Of a DNA stretch of 64,000 bases, positions 34,931 through 45,424 are shown piece after piece. The notes under the pieces were generated by a model. That model saw only the letters and a list, made by a program, of their open reading frames with translations. It made no database searches and was not told where the DNA came from. Made by a program: the position numbers and the translations under genes. Source of the DNA: a bacterium UBP15_UBA6099 (GTDB lineage: Bacteria > UBP15 > UBA6099); the NCBI GenBank assembly GCA_002435745.1, contig DIWT01000004.1, forward strand, positions 19,096-83,095. The letters run 5' to 3'. Every line of letters begins with the position of its first letter. The stretch's first letter is position 1.

Positions 34931-36277
34931 TTACCGCCTGCGCTGTTTGCCGTGCTTCTTATTGTCTTTCTTCTTTTTGTCGTCTTCCGCCGAGTCCTGA
35001 GAAGCGGTCTGGGGCGCGCGCGGGGCGGACGCCGCCGGAGCGGCTTTCTCCCGCCTTGTTTCTCTTTCCTGAACCGGGGCCGGAGCGGAGGCTTTCTTCG
35101 ACTTGCTACCGGCCGTCTGCGGCGCGCTTGCCGCTCCCTTCTTCGACTCGAACGTCTTGAACAGATACACCAGCGGAGCGGCTAGGAATATCGACGAGTA
35201 TCCGCCCGCGAACACTCCCACGCACATGCCGAGCGCGAAGTCTTTTATGCTTTGTCCGCCGAGCAGCAGGATGGCCACTATAGCCATCTGCGTCGTCAAC
35301 ATGGTGTTTATCGAACGCGCCATGGTTTCCCAAAGACTCATGTTCACCACGGCGTCGAGCGACATCTTTTTGTTTTTCCTTATGTTTTCCCTCATCCGGT
35401 CGAAGATGACTATCGTGTCGTTTATGGAGTAACCGAAAACGGTGAGGATTATCGCAACGAACGCGCTGTTCACTTCAAGCTGGAAAATCGAGTAGAAGCC
35501 GATGGTGATGATGCAGTCGTGGAGCAGGGCGATGATGCCCGCTATGGCGTACCAGAACTCGAACCTGATGGAAATGTAGATAAGCATGCACACGATCGCG
35601 ATGATGAGAGCGGTCGCGGCGTTATTGCGAAGCTCAATCCCGAACACCGGGTCCACTTTGTCCTCGCGGGTGAACTGGCGGAATCCGCCAAGCCCGTCAT
35701 AGAGGGCGGTCGCGAGTTTCTTCTGATCCTCTTTTTTATCTATTCCGTTGAATCTGAAAGACATATTATAGCGGAGCGCGTCGCCTTCTTCAGTCGGCGG
35801 GATTTCTTCCATGTCGATCAAGGTGACAGCGTCTTCCGGAAAGCCGGCTTTTTTAAGTATGTCTTTGAGTTTGGAGGCTTTTATCTGGTCCTGCATCCGG
35901 AGGAGCTTGAAGGAGGCCGGGTCGATCTCGTGGAACTCGACGTTGAAAGCGATGAGCAGGGAGCGGATTTTCTCGCCGAATGCGATGGCTTTTTGGGGGT
36001 CGGCGAACTCTTCCGTCTTGACGGTGAACTCGTAGCCGCCGGCCATTATCTGCACAGGATTGTGTTTGATGTCGAAGGGAGCCATGACTTTTTCGACGTC
36101 GGCTGTTTTCACCGGGACGCCCGTCTGGAACCAAAGTATGCGCCCGCCGGTGAAGTCGATGCCGTAGTTGAGCTTGCGGATCCCTAGGGACGCCAGCCCG
36201 GTCGTCACCAATAAAATCGCGATGGCGAACCACACGTAGCGGGTTTTTATGAAGTCTAATCTGATTCTGGTCTGCAC
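34931..36277 (-). CDS. secF: Protein translocase subunit SecF (with a Lys/Ala/Pro-rich C-terminal tail)
   Basis: SecF membrane-domain pattern (INDTIVIFDRMREN). It lies directly downstream of secD. The 70-aa tail is low-complexity. Confidence 0.9.
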   Translation of the reverse strand: MQTRIRLDFIKTRYVWFAIAILLVTTGLASLGIRKLNYGIDFTGGRILWFQTGVPVKTADVEKVMAPFDIKHNPVQIMAGGYEFTVKTEEFADPQKAIAFGEKIRSLLIAFNVEFHEIDPASFKLLRMQDQIKASKLKDILKKAGFPEDAVTLIDMEEIPPTEEGDALRYNMSFRFNGIDKKEDQKKLATALYDGLGGFRQFTREDKVDPVFGIELRNNAATALIIAIVCMLIYISIRFEFWYAIAGIIALLHDCIITIGFYSIFQLEVNSAFVAIILTVFGYSINDTIVIFDRMRENIRKNKKMSLDAVVNMSLWETMARSINTMLTTQMAIVAILLLGGQSIKDFALGMCVGVFAGGYSSIFLAAPLVYLFKTFESKKGAASAPQTAGSKSKKASAPAPVQERETRREKAAPAASAPRAPQTASQDSAEDDKKKKDNKKHGKQRRR

Positions 36278-36308
36278 TTTTTAAAGCCTCCCGTCAATCT
36301 TCGAAATG

Positions 36309-37664
36309 TCAATGAGCAGCAGCCGACCGCTGATCCTGCTTTGAGGGGCGGACGCCGTATAACGAGAGCGGCTGCAACCCTTTAGAGTTCGATGCCAGCA
36401 TGAGAAGGACGCGCGTCACTATCAGCGCCGAGAACATGCCGACCACTATGCCTAAGCTGATGGTGACGGCGAAGCCCCGGATCGGGCCTGTGCCGAACGC
36501 GTACAGGACCGCCGTGGCGATGAGCGTGGTGACGTTGCCGTCGAGAATGGCCGTGAACGCGCGGGAGAACCCGGCGTCGAGGGCGGCCTTCAGAGTTTTG
36601 CCGATACGCAACTCTTCCTTGAGCCGCTCGAATATGATTATGTTCGCGTCCACCGCCATGCCGATGGAAAGTATGAGGCCGGCGATGCCGGGCAGGGTGA
36701 GCGTGGCGTTCACCAGCGAGAGCATCCCGAACGCCACGATGACGTAAAAAACAATCGCCACGTCTGCCAGAACGCCGGGCAGTTTGTAATATAGAGGCAT
36801 GAATAAGAAGATGAGGACGACGCCGAGGATGAGGGCGTAAGAACTCTGGCGAATAGAGGCAGCGCCGAGGGTCGGCCCGACCACCCGCTTCTCAAGAACT
36901 TCCACCATCACCGGCAGCCGACCCGCGTTCAACTGGTTGACCAGCTCGCGGACCTGTTTCTCGGTGAAGTTGCCCTCGATGATGCCGGTTCCGCCGAAGA
37001 TGGCGGTCTGAATAACCGGGCAGGAAATCATCACGCCGTCGAGCGCGATGCAGAGATATTTGTCGATGTTGCGGGCGGTGAACTTGCCGAACTCGTCAGC
37101 CGCCGCCTTTTTGAACTCAAACTCGACCACCGGGCGACCGTACTTGAAGCCGACGCGCGCCGACGCTAGGTCGTCTCCAGAGAACACCACTTTCGCGTCT
37201 TCTGGCTTCTCTGTTCCGGCTTCCCAGTACTTGCCTCGGCTGTCCAAGAACTCCAGCCAAGCCATGCTGACCAGATGCCTTTCGACCTGATCGGCGTCCT
37301 GTTCGCCCGATATCTCGACCAGCACCCGGTTCGTGCCCTGCTTCTGGATAGTGATTTCGCGGACGCCGTCCGGGTCGAGCCTGTTTCGCAGAACCTCGAT
37401 AAGCCCCTGAACCTTTTCGTCCGTCAGAAGCTCGTTTTTCGGCGGCAGGGCCTGCACCAAGAAGTGCACTCCGCCCTGCAGGTCCAGTCCGAGGTTCACT
37501 GGGAACTTCTTGGACTTGACTGTCCTTTCCACCATCTCGTCCCCGACCTTGACCTTCTCGACTTTCGTCTCGATGTCCGTCAGGAAGCGGACTGTGAGCA
37601 GTCCCGCGAAAAGAAGCGCGACCGCCGCAATCAGGATAACCTGCGGTAAAAGTTTTTTCTGCAT
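36309..37664 (-). CDS. secD: Protein translocase subunit SecD
   Basis: SecD pattern (LGLDLQGGVHF, GMAVDANIIIFERLKEE). I chose the ATG at 37664, which follows GGAGTGGAAGG; the ORF track extends to 37703. Confidence 0.9.
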   Translation of the reverse strand: MQKKLLPQVILIAAVALLFAGLLTVRFLTDIETKVEKVKVGDEMVERTVKSKKFPVNLGLDLQGGVHFLVQALPPKNELLTDEKVQGLIEVLRNRLDPDGVREITIQKQGTNRVLVEISGEQDADQVERHLVSMAWLEFLDSRGKYWEAGTEKPEDAKVVFSGDDLASARVGFKYGRPVVEFEFKKAAADEFGKFTARNIDKYLCIALDGVMISCPVIQTAIFGGTGIIEGNFTEKQVRELVNQLNAGRLPVMVEVLEKRVVGPTLGAASIRQSSYALILGVVLIFLFMPLYYKLPGVLADVAIVFYVIVAFGMLSLVNATLTLPGIAGLILSIGMAVDANIIIFERLKEELRIGKTLKAALDAGFSRAFTAILDGNVTTLIATAVLYAFGTGPIRGFAVTISLGIVVGMFSALIVTRVLLMLASNSKGLQPLSLYGVRPSKQDQRSAAAH

Positions 37665-37853
37665 GCCTTCCACTCCCGGGCGGCGAGAGCCGCCGCCGCG
37701 CAATTTTTAACCCGCATTCAAGCCGGAACCGACTCTCTCCGGTTCCGCAACATCAAAGTATTCTATTTGAATTCCATCCCTATATCAACAGGAGATTTAA
37801 ATTTTGCGCATAGCAAATAAAAAAGCGGTTTCCACTATTGCGGACGCATTCAA

Positions 37854-40355
37854 TTATATATCTCCGAAAGAAACGCGGTTGATGATGTCGTCTTGGAGCG
37901 GGCGGCCGAGGTCGGTGAAATAGGCGCTGTAGCCGCTGACGCGCACGAGAAGCCCTCTGTGCGAGTCAGGGTCGAGCTGAGCGGCGCGCAGGGTTTCGTC
38001 GTCCACGACGTTGAATTGGACGTGCATTCCGCCCAGCGAGAAGTACCCTCTCAGCATCGCCTCGAATTTCCGCCGGTTCTCTTCATTTTTAAATACGCCG
38101 GGCATCAGCTTCATGTTCAGGGAACTGCCGTTTGTTATTTTCGAGTGTTCTAAAGAAGCGACGGAGCGCATGACGGCGGTCGGTCCGAGAGATTCCGCGC
38201 CGTTCACGGGCGACAGGCTGTTCGAGACGGGTTGTCCGGCGAGGCGTCCGTCCGGAGTGGCGCCAAGAAGGGAGCCGTCCAGCACGTGCATCCCATAAGA
38301 GAAAAACCCCGGTCTGAACGCGCCGCCTTTGCGGATGGATTTGTGTTTTGCGACTTCTTCGCAGAACATGGCTGCGACCTCGCGGGCCATGGCGTCCGCT
38401 TCGGGGTTGTCGGAGCCGTAGCGCGGCGTTCGGCTCGACAGAAACGCTCTCATTTTCTCGCGGCCTCTGAAATTCGTTTTCAGCGCGGCGGAGAGTTCCT
38501 TCATAGTGTATTTTTTCTCGTCGAAAACGAATTTTTTAATCGCCGTCAGCGAATCGGCGACGGTTCCAAGGCCGCGCGCGCTGATGGAAGCGTAGTTGTA
38601 TTTCGCCCCGCCTTGAGTCATGTCTTCGGCGTTCCTTATGCAGCCTTCGAGGGTGGCGGATATGAATGGATTGTGGAACCCTGCGGCGTAAACTTCGTCT
38701 TTGGCGTTCACGCAGCGGGCGATGTGAGCGACGGTGAAGCTCAACTGCCGCCGAAACGCGTCTAGAAACTGCACGAAGGAGTTGAACTTCGCCGGGTCTC
38801 CCGTGCGCGGGCCGGCGCGGCGGCCCGCCATCCTTATTCTTCCCTGTGTGAAAACCATCTCAAGAACGCCCGCCAGCGAGATGTCGTTGCCGGAGGTGCA
38901 GCCGAAAGTGTTTCCCTGAGACGTCGGCTCCACGCACCCTATTATCGCGTAGTCCCTCGCGTCTTCCGTCGAGCAGCCCAGTTCTTCCAGCATCGGGATT
39001 ATGACATCGTCGTTGAACAGAGCGAGTCCCGACGTGGCCGCGTGGACTTCCGAAATCTTCGCGAGGAATTCCGGGGGCGTCTTAGAACTGACCCGGACGG
39101 AATATGAGTTGCTCATGCCTTCAATATTTTTTACCGCGTCGAGGAATAGGAGGGAGAGTTCGTTTGAGGCGTCCTCGCCGTCCGGGCCTGCGCCGCCGAA
39201 GGTGGGGGCCATGCTGTCCGCGCCCATTTCCGACCCGGAATTTTTTCCGAAAGAGGGCAGGGGAATGAGGTTGACGCTCAATTTGACGAGGAGTTCCTCG
39301 ACGAGTTCGAGCGCGCGGGTCTCGGAGATTGCGCCGGATTCGACATCTTTTTTGTAGAAGGGAAATAGTATTTGGTCTAGCCGTCCGACGGCGCAGATGC
39401 CCGCCAGACCGTAGCTGATTCCGCACATGACCTGAGCGAGCCACAAGGATTGGACGGCCTCGTGGAACGATTCGGGCGGCAGCCACGGCGCGCGGGATGT
39501 GTGCCGGGCGATAAGCCGCAGTTCTTCTCTACGCGCCGGGTCATTCTCGTTCTCCGCCATGCGCGCGGCCAAGTCGGAATATCTTTTTGCGAACATTCGC
39601 GCCGCGTCGCAACAGATTATCGTCGCTTCGAGGAATTTCCGGCCCTCTTCCGTTACGGGCTGTTCGAGTCTGCGCGCCGCCATGTCCCGCAGCCCCTTGA
39701 ACCCGCAACGCGCAACATTGTTGTGACCGATCACAAGATGTCCCTGAGTGTCGAACACGTTGTTCACCATGTTGGGATTGTTCACGGGAAGTTCCGCCGC
39801 CGAGCGGGGCAGAGCGCGCCAGCGCCCTTTTGCGAACACGGACAGGCTTTCCGCCAGCCGGGCCGCTCCGAAGCTTCTGACGAGATCGAACAGCGCGAAC
39901 GGCGTGAAACCCGGCTTGATGATAAGGCCGTCGCGCTCGAAGAGGCGGCGCTTGCCGTCCCGGACGGTCTTTCCTCTCCAATATGGCAGAATGTCGTTCA
40001 GCAACTCTTTTTTGTCGTCGGGGTCGATGCGGTACGGCCTGTCCGGGCGGTTCAGCAGGTTCTCAATGTCCATTTCGAGCACGAGGTTCATCTCCCCGCG
40101 TTCCACGGGAAGCAGCGTTCCGACAAGCGCGCTGTTGTGGTTGCCGGCTATAAGCTCCTCGTCGAGGATGAAAACGGTTTTCTTCCGGAGCGTGTTCTCA
40201 AACGCTTTCGCCGCGCGGATGGAAGGATGTTCCCCTTCCGTCCGGCGGTAGGACTCGGTAACATATCTTGCCCGCTCGACGCAGATAGCGTACTGTTCGT
40301 CGAGAATCCTTTTTCTCAGGCGCTGAGTCCGCGATTTCTCTTCAGCAACCGCCAT
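37854..40355 (-). CDS. Glycyl radical enzyme (PFL2/glycerol-dehydratase-type family), substrate unknown
   Basis: C-terminal glycine-radical motif VRVSGYSAYF (Gly808, codon 37932-37934). The active-site loop IIGCVEPT carries Cys and Glu two residues apart. Length is 833 aa. Confidence 0.9.
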   Translation of the reverse strand: MAVAEEKSRTQRLRKRILDEQYAICVERARYVTESYRRTEGEHPSIRAAKAFENTLRKKTVFILDEELIAGNHNSALVGTLLPVERGEMNLVLEMDIENLLNRPDRPYRIDPDDKKELLNDILPYWRGKTVRDGKRRLFERDGLIIKPGFTPFALFDLVRSFGAARLAESLSVFAKGRWRALPRSAAELPVNNPNMVNNVFDTQGHLVIGHNNVARCGFKGLRDMAARRLEQPVTEEGRKFLEATIICCDAARMFAKRYSDLAARMAENENDPARREELRLIARHTSRAPWLPPESFHEAVQSLWLAQVMCGISYGLAGICAVGRLDQILFPFYKKDVESGAISETRALELVEELLVKLSVNLIPLPSFGKNSGSEMGADSMAPTFGGAGPDGEDASNELSLLFLDAVKNIEGMSNSYSVRVSSKTPPEFLAKISEVHAATSGLALFNDDVIIPMLEELGCSTEDARDYAIIGCVEPTSQGNTFGCTSGNDISLAGVLEMVFTQGRIRMAGRRAGPRTGDPAKFNSFVQFLDAFRRQLSFTVAHIARCVNAKDEVYAAGFHNPFISATLEGCIRNAEDMTQGGAKYNYASISARGLGTVADSLTAIKKFVFDEKKYTMKELSAALKTNFRGREKMRAFLSSRTPRYGSDNPEADAMAREVAAMFCEEVAKHKSIRKGGAFRPGFFSYGMHVLDGSLLGATPDGRLAGQPVSNSLSPVNGAESLGPTAVMRSVASLEHSKITNGSSLNMKLMPGVFKNEENRRKFEAMLRGYFSLGGMHVQFNVVDDETLRAAQLDPDSHRGLLVRVSGYSAYFTDLGRPLQDDIINRVSFGDI

Positions 40356-40371
40356 GGCTATGCTCCCTTTG

Positions 40372-41958
40372 TCAACATCCCTTTTCGGGGTATCCGGTTA
40401 TCTGCTGCATTTCTCTAAAAATGGGAAGTAATTGCTTGTAAATTTTAGTGTAAACCCGGTCATAGAGGGCGGCATAGAGGGCGACGTTTTCCGGCACAGG
40501 CTCGAAGATGTCGCCGGGGCGGGTCATTGCGGCTACGGCGTCGTCGAAGCTTTTGAAAAAACCGAGGCCGACTGCGGCGACGATGGCGGCTCCGAGAGCT
40601 GAAGTCTCGTGAGTGTGAGGTCTCTGCGCGGGCATCCCGAAGACGTCCGCGCATATCTGCATGGCCGAAGAGCTTTGAGAGCCGCCGCCGGACACGCGCA
40701 ACCCCGTTATTGGAATTTTATTCTTCTTCTCGGTCAGTTGCGCGCCTTCTTTCAGCGCGAACACAAGCCCTTCGAGTATGGCGCGGTAAAGGTGGGCGCG
40801 TTTGTGGAAGTCGCAGAACCCGATGACGGAGCCGCGCGCGCATCGGGCCTTGTCCGGAGCCGGCGTCCAGTACGGCTGGAGCGTCAATCCCATCGACCCC
40901 GGCGGGATGTCCTTTATCAGAGCGTCGAGAAGTTGCTCGGGGGATACCCCTTTGTCGCTCGCTTCGAGGCGCTCCTGAAGCCCGAACTCCTCTTTGAACC
41001 ATGTTATCATCCATGCGCCGCGCAGCACGGCCACTTCGGTATAGTATCGTCCCGGGACCGCCGAAGGATACGGCGGCCAGAAAGGTTTTAATTCCACATA
41101 CCTGTCGTTCATCGTGTTGATGGTGGAAATGGTTCCGAAACTTATGCAGGCGTTTTCAGGGGACACGCAACCGGCGCCGAGAATTTCGCACGCTTTGTCG
41201 TTTGCCGCGGCGATTACCGGAAGTCCTGCGGGGATCCCGGTTTCTTCAGCCGCTTTCCGCGAGATATGGCCCAGCAACCCGGTCGGCGCGATCAGATCGG
41301 GCAGTTTTTCAAGCTCGATCGGGAACAACCTGTGCTTCGGATCGAACCGTCCTGCCCACCGGCCTTTTTTGATGCTGAACGGCACATAGCCGACTATGCT
41401 GCCGCTTGAATCCACGAACTCGCCTGTCAGCTTGAGCGCGAACCATCCTGACAGGTATATGTGTTTATGGACGCGCTTCCAGATTTCCGGCTGATTCTGG
41501 CGAATCCAGTTCGATTCGCAATCGCGGATCGCGCCCTCTATGAGCTCTTCGTATTTAACCGCTTTCAGCAACGGACGGAAGACTGAAGGGATGATGTTGC
41601 CGGAGTCGGATTTGCGCTCGTCCAGCCAGACGATTGCCGGACGGAGCGGAACTCCGTTCTTATCGACGTCGATAAGCGTGTTCCGTTGAGTGGCAACCGC
41701 GACGCCTTTGATCGCTTCTTTCGATTCAATGTTCCTTTCGAGAAGCTTTTCGCAAGAGCGGCACAACATTTCCCAGAAATATTCCGGCCGTTGTTCCGCC
41801 CACCCCGGTTGCGGAGAGCAACAAAGCTCGATGGGCGTCTTCACCATGTCGCGGATATTGCCGTCGAAGTCAATCAGCGCGGCCCGTATCGATTGCGTTC
41901 CCGCGTCGATTGCGAGCGCCAGTTCCGTTTTTCCAATCCCTTTTCCAGCCATGACCAC
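40372..41958 (-). CDS. FGGY-family carbohydrate kinase, copy 1
   Basis: FGGY N- and C-terminal domains (LAIDAGTQSIRAAL, GLRVSGGGSQSSSAMQICADVFG). Length is 528 aa. Confidence 0.85.
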   Translation of the reverse strand: MVMAGKGIGKTELALAIDAGTQSIRAALIDFDGNIRDMVKTPIELCCSPQPGWAEQRPEYFWEMLCRSCEKLLERNIESKEAIKGVAVATQRNTLIDVDKNGVPLRPAIVWLDERKSDSGNIIPSVFRPLLKAVKYEELIEGAIRDCESNWIRQNQPEIWKRVHKHIYLSGWFALKLTGEFVDSSGSIVGYVPFSIKKGRWAGRFDPKHRLFPIELEKLPDLIAPTGLLGHISRKAAEETGIPAGLPVIAAANDKACEILGAGCVSPENACISFGTISTINTMNDRYVELKPFWPPYPSAVPGRYYTEVAVLRGAWMITWFKEEFGLQERLEASDKGVSPEQLLDALIKDIPPGSMGLTLQPYWTPAPDKARCARGSVIGFCDFHKRAHLYRAILEGLVFALKEGAQLTEKKNKIPITGLRVSGGGSQSSSAMQICADVFGMPAQRPHTHETSALGAAIVAAVGLGFFKSFDDAVAAMTRPGDIFEPVPENVALYAALYDRVYTKIYKQLLPIFREMQQITGYPEKGC

Positions 41959-41990
41959 GCCTTTTAGGAATGACCGCGCATCCTGCCGGG

Positions 41991-43694
41991 TCAGGTTCCG
42001 CTCTTGCCTTTCAGCGCGAGTTGCCCGCCGGGGTTCATTATGTTGTTCGGGTCGAAATGCGTTTTAAGAGCGCGGAGCGCGTCCATCTGCGTTTTTCCCA
42101 GATGCTCTTCCATCCAAGGAGACAGCAGTTTTCCGACTCCGTGATGGTGGCTCAACGAGCCTCCGTTTTCAACAATTGCGCTAACGATTTTGCTGTGAAC
42201 TTCGTTGTATTCTTCCGGTCTTTCCGGTTTCAGCACGAAAATGAAATACAGGTTGGTTCCATTCGGATAGAAATGAGACGCGTGGGTCATGCAGATTGAG
42301 CCGGGCCTGCTTTTCACGACAGCCCGAACCTCTTTGTGAAGCCGCAGCAGGTTGTCCCATGTCACGGCTGATTCCAGCGTGTCCGTCACTATGCCGAAGT
42401 CCAGAAAATCCTCCCGCATCAGCGGCTCCTTGTAGCGGGTTTTCTCCCACGCCTTCACAACCACCGCCGGAAGCTTCATCGCTCCGTTCGCGCGACACAC
42501 TTTTCCTATGCTTTTCTTCACATGTTTCGCGTATCCCTTCTCTCCCTCCACCGTTCCCATGCACACGCACCTGCTCATCGGCTTCATTACCCGAGCCGAC
42601 ATGAACTTTTCGAAATATGCGTTGTCGAACCCGTACAATTTCAGCCCCCTGTCGGTTTCCTCAGGGTCGGAAATTCTGTAAACCGCAGGCAACCCGAACT
42701 CGGACTGCATGATCTCTCTCGAAGCGTTGACAGCCGACTCCCACGATGGGAACATGAAAGCGAAATACTGCCTGTTTTCCGGCATGAAGCGGAATATTTT
42801 CATCGTGATTTCCACAAGCGCTCCGAAAGCGCCCTCGCTGCCTTTCATGATGTCGTTCAGTTTCGGGCCTGTGGCGGTCGCGGGATATTCCAGCGTTTTG
42901 AAAGTCCCCGCCGGGGTGACGTATTCCTGCGAGATCGCTAGGTGGTAGGCGTCTCCATAATACGTGGAAGCCTGCCCGGATCCGAGCGCGGCTATCCAGC
43001 CGCCGACGGACGACATCTCGAACGATTGAGGAAAATGCCCGCATGTGTATCTTCGGGCGGTCTTGAACATCTGAGGCGCGTTGTTCAGCGCCGCCTCGAA
43101 ATCAGGCCCCATCATGCCCGGTTGAACCGTCGCCGTCTGGTTCGCCTCGTTGATGTTAAGCAGCTTGTTCATGTGGGTCTTCATAACAAGCGTCACGCCG
43201 CCCTTTTCCGGCGCGATTCCCATTACCACGGAGGATCCTCCGCCATAGACGCAAATCGGTATTCTATGCTTATCGCAGTATTCGACAATGCGGCGGACGT
43301 CGTTCTTGTCTCTAGGATGAACCACCGCATCGGCGACATTCCGGGGCCTGTTCATGCGCAGATCCATCACTTCTTTCATCGTCTGCCCGTGGCTGTATTT
43401 TACGCGGTCGTAGTCGTCAGCCGACACGTTTTCAGAGCCGACAATTGCTTTAAGCGCGTTTATATGCTCGTCGTTTAAACCCGGTTTTCCGCCCAACGAG
43501 ACCTTCTCGTTTCCTTCGTTCTGTTTACGAGAAAAATATTCTTCCGTGACGCCGAATTCGGACATCATCATCTCCACAAGCTCGGCGCGAGGATGCTTGA
43601 ACTCGTTCGGCTCGCCGAACTTAAAAATGGAACGGTACGATCCCGGTTCGGGAGCCCGCTCCGTCCAATCCGGCGTGAATTTTTTTCCAGACAT
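41991..43694 (-). CDS. FAD-linked oxidase (GlcD / alkylglycerone-phosphate-synthase-like)
   Basis: FAD_binding_4 pattern (RIPICVYGGGSSVV) and C-terminal HHHGVG. The long N-terminal extension resembles AGPS-like enzymes. Length is 567 aa. Confidence 0.8.
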   Translation of the reverse strand: MSGKKFTPDWTERAPEPGSYRSIFKFGEPNEFKHPRAELVEMMMSEFGVTEEYFSRKQNEGNEKVSLGGKPGLNDEHINALKAIVGSENVSADDYDRVKYSHGQTMKEVMDLRMNRPRNVADAVVHPRDKNDVRRIVEYCDKHRIPICVYGGGSSVVMGIAPEKGGVTLVMKTHMNKLLNINEANQTATVQPGMMGPDFEAALNNAPQMFKTARRYTCGHFPQSFEMSSVGGWIAALGSGQASTYYGDAYHLAISQEYVTPAGTFKTLEYPATATGPKLNDIMKGSEGAFGALVEITMKIFRFMPENRQYFAFMFPSWESAVNASREIMQSEFGLPAVYRISDPEETDRGLKLYGFDNAYFEKFMSARVMKPMSRCVCMGTVEGEKGYAKHVKKSIGKVCRANGAMKLPAVVVKAWEKTRYKEPLMREDFLDFGIVTDTLESAVTWDNLLRLHKEVRAVVKSRPGSICMTHASHFYPNGTNLYFIFVLKPERPEEYNEVHSKIVSAIVENGGSLSHHHGVGKLLSPWMEEHLGKTQMDALRALKTHFDPNNIMNPGGQLALKGKSGT

Positions 43695-43756
43695 ATTGTC
43701 CTCCCATTTTTATCGCGCGTTTTCTGTCTTGTGTCCGTCGCCATCAACCCGCGGGC

Positions 43757-45403
43757 TTACCGCGGGATCTCGAACATTTTTTTCGCGTCCGCGACTTCCT
43801 TCGATTTGCGCGAATCGTCCCAGCAGAGTTCCTTCGCCGCCACATCCGCCACGGCGTCGACGACCGCGTCGCCCGGATCCCCCATCGTGCCAAGTCCCGT
43901 CCTGCGGAATAGGATGTCCTTCAGCGTCAGCGCCATTTCCTCCCGGATCGCGTAAACAGCCTGCGCGGCGATTTCGCCATCCGCGTTCAATGGCGTCGCA
44001 AGAGCGTTGTTCTGACGTCCTATGCTCAGCAATTTGTCGATTTCCGTTCCATAGTATTTTCCTAGACATTCAATCGTTTCATTCTTGAAATCCGCGTTGG
44101 CCGTTTTCTTCTCAGCGAGAAAAGCGTTCATATCTTTTATTTCGCATCCGGCTAGATACTGTTTGTCCGTGACGCATTTCGTTTCCTTCAAATTTAATTT
44201 CCGCGAGACCATTTTCATCACGTTTTGCGCAAGGTTGCGGCTTGTCGTATATTTGCCGCCCTCGACGGTGATCAACCCGGAAAGGCTGTCATTAGCGTTG
44301 TCGTATATCTCGTACCGCCGGGACGACTCCCGAACGGATTTCTTTTTATCTTCAAGAAGAGGGCGCAGACCGCCGTAAGCGCGCTCCACATCATCGTAGC
44401 CGATCCGCTCCTCTCCGCGCATCGCGTCGTTCGCCATTCCGATTAATTCCATTATCGCTTCTCGCGTCACCATGTAGTCGTCGGGGTTTCCCTCGTAATC
44501 CTTGTCGGTGGGGCCAATCAACGTTCTTCCTCTCCACGGGGTCATCACGAACCCGCCGCCGGAGGAAGTCACCATCGCCAACATCCCATTCAGGACGGGC
44601 TTCTTCGTTATTATGTGAATTCCTTCCGATCTCCTGATGCGACGCGATCCGCTTTCGCCTCTCGCCGCGTCCAGTATCAGGTCCGCCCAAGGCCCGCCGC
44701 AGTTGATCGTCAACTTGCTCCTCAATTCCACGTTTCTTCCGGTTGTCAGGTCTTTTACGTTCACGCCCGCGATCCGTTTTCCGTCTCCGGCTGCGGAATA
44801 AATAAATCCTTCGACTTTGCTGTAATTGGAAACGCGCGCTCCGCTTTTAACCGCCGACTTCACGAACGCCAAGGTCAGCCGCTCCGGAAAAATGCTCGCG
44901 CAGTCGTAATAAGAAAAAGCTCCTTTGAATCCGTTCCGCGGAATCGACGGTTCCATCTCCAGCGCTTTCGCCGCCGGAACCGCCTTATGGAAACCTATGC
45001 TTTTGCTCTTGTCCCAAGTGCGCCCTTTGTCGAAAGAAAGAGAATCGTACAGCATCATCCCCAGCCTTATCGCCCATGTGTGTTTAGTTATTCCCTGCTT
45101 GTAGCACGGGACCATCACCCGAATAGGATAGACTAGGTTCGGAGCGATGTTCTCCAGAGTCCGACGTTCTTTCAGAGATTCCCGCACTATGCCGAACTCA
45201 AGGTTGGCAAGATATCTGAATCCGCCGTGGATCAGCTTTGAAGTGGCTGCGGAAGTGGCGCATCCGAAATCGTTTTTCTCCAAAAGAGCCACAGACAGTC
45301 CTCTCGATGCCGCGTCATAAGCCACCGCCGCTCCGGTGATTCCTCCGCCTATCACCGCAACGTCGAACTCTCCTGTGTTTGGGTCTTCAATGAACCTTTT
45401 CAT
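43757..45403 (-). CDS. FAD-dependent glycerol-3-phosphate-dehydrogenase-like oxidoreductase
   Basis: N-terminal dinucleotide fold DVAVIGGGITGAAVAYDAASRG. It has a GlpD/GlpA-like length (548 aa) and a C-terminal domain. Confidence 0.8.
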   Translation of the reverse strand: MKRFIEDPNTGEFDVAVIGGGITGAAVAYDAASRGLSVALLEKNDFGCATSAATSKLIHGGFRYLANLEFGIVRESLKERRTLENIAPNLVYPIRVMVPCYKQGITKHTWAIRLGMMLYDSLSFDKGRTWDKSKSIGFHKAVPAAKALEMEPSIPRNGFKGAFSYYDCASIFPERLTLAFVKSAVKSGARVSNYSKVEGFIYSAAGDGKRIAGVNVKDLTTGRNVELRSKLTINCGGPWADLILDAARGESGSRRIRRSEGIHIITKKPVLNGMLAMVTSSGGGFVMTPWRGRTLIGPTDKDYEGNPDDYMVTREAIMELIGMANDAMRGEERIGYDDVERAYGGLRPLLEDKKKSVRESSRRYEIYDNANDSLSGLITVEGGKYTTSRNLAQNVMKMVSRKLNLKETKCVTDKQYLAGCEIKDMNAFLAEKKTANADFKNETIECLGKYYGTEIDKLLSIGRQNNALATPLNADGEIAAQAVYAIREEMALTLKDILFRRTGLGTMGDPGDAVVDAVADVAAKELCWDDSRKSKEVADAKKMFEIPR

Positions 45404-45424
45404 GCGCTTCGCCTCAATTCGCGA

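Noticed and set aside
34931-35140. A Lys/Ala/Pro-rich 70-aa C-terminal tail on SecF that could be a separate domain or a mis-called stop.
   Set aside because: It is a continuous in-frame low-complexity extension followed by a GC-rich palindrome (34902-34919). There is no evidence of a frameshift, and it is probably a lineage-specific disordered tail of little interest.
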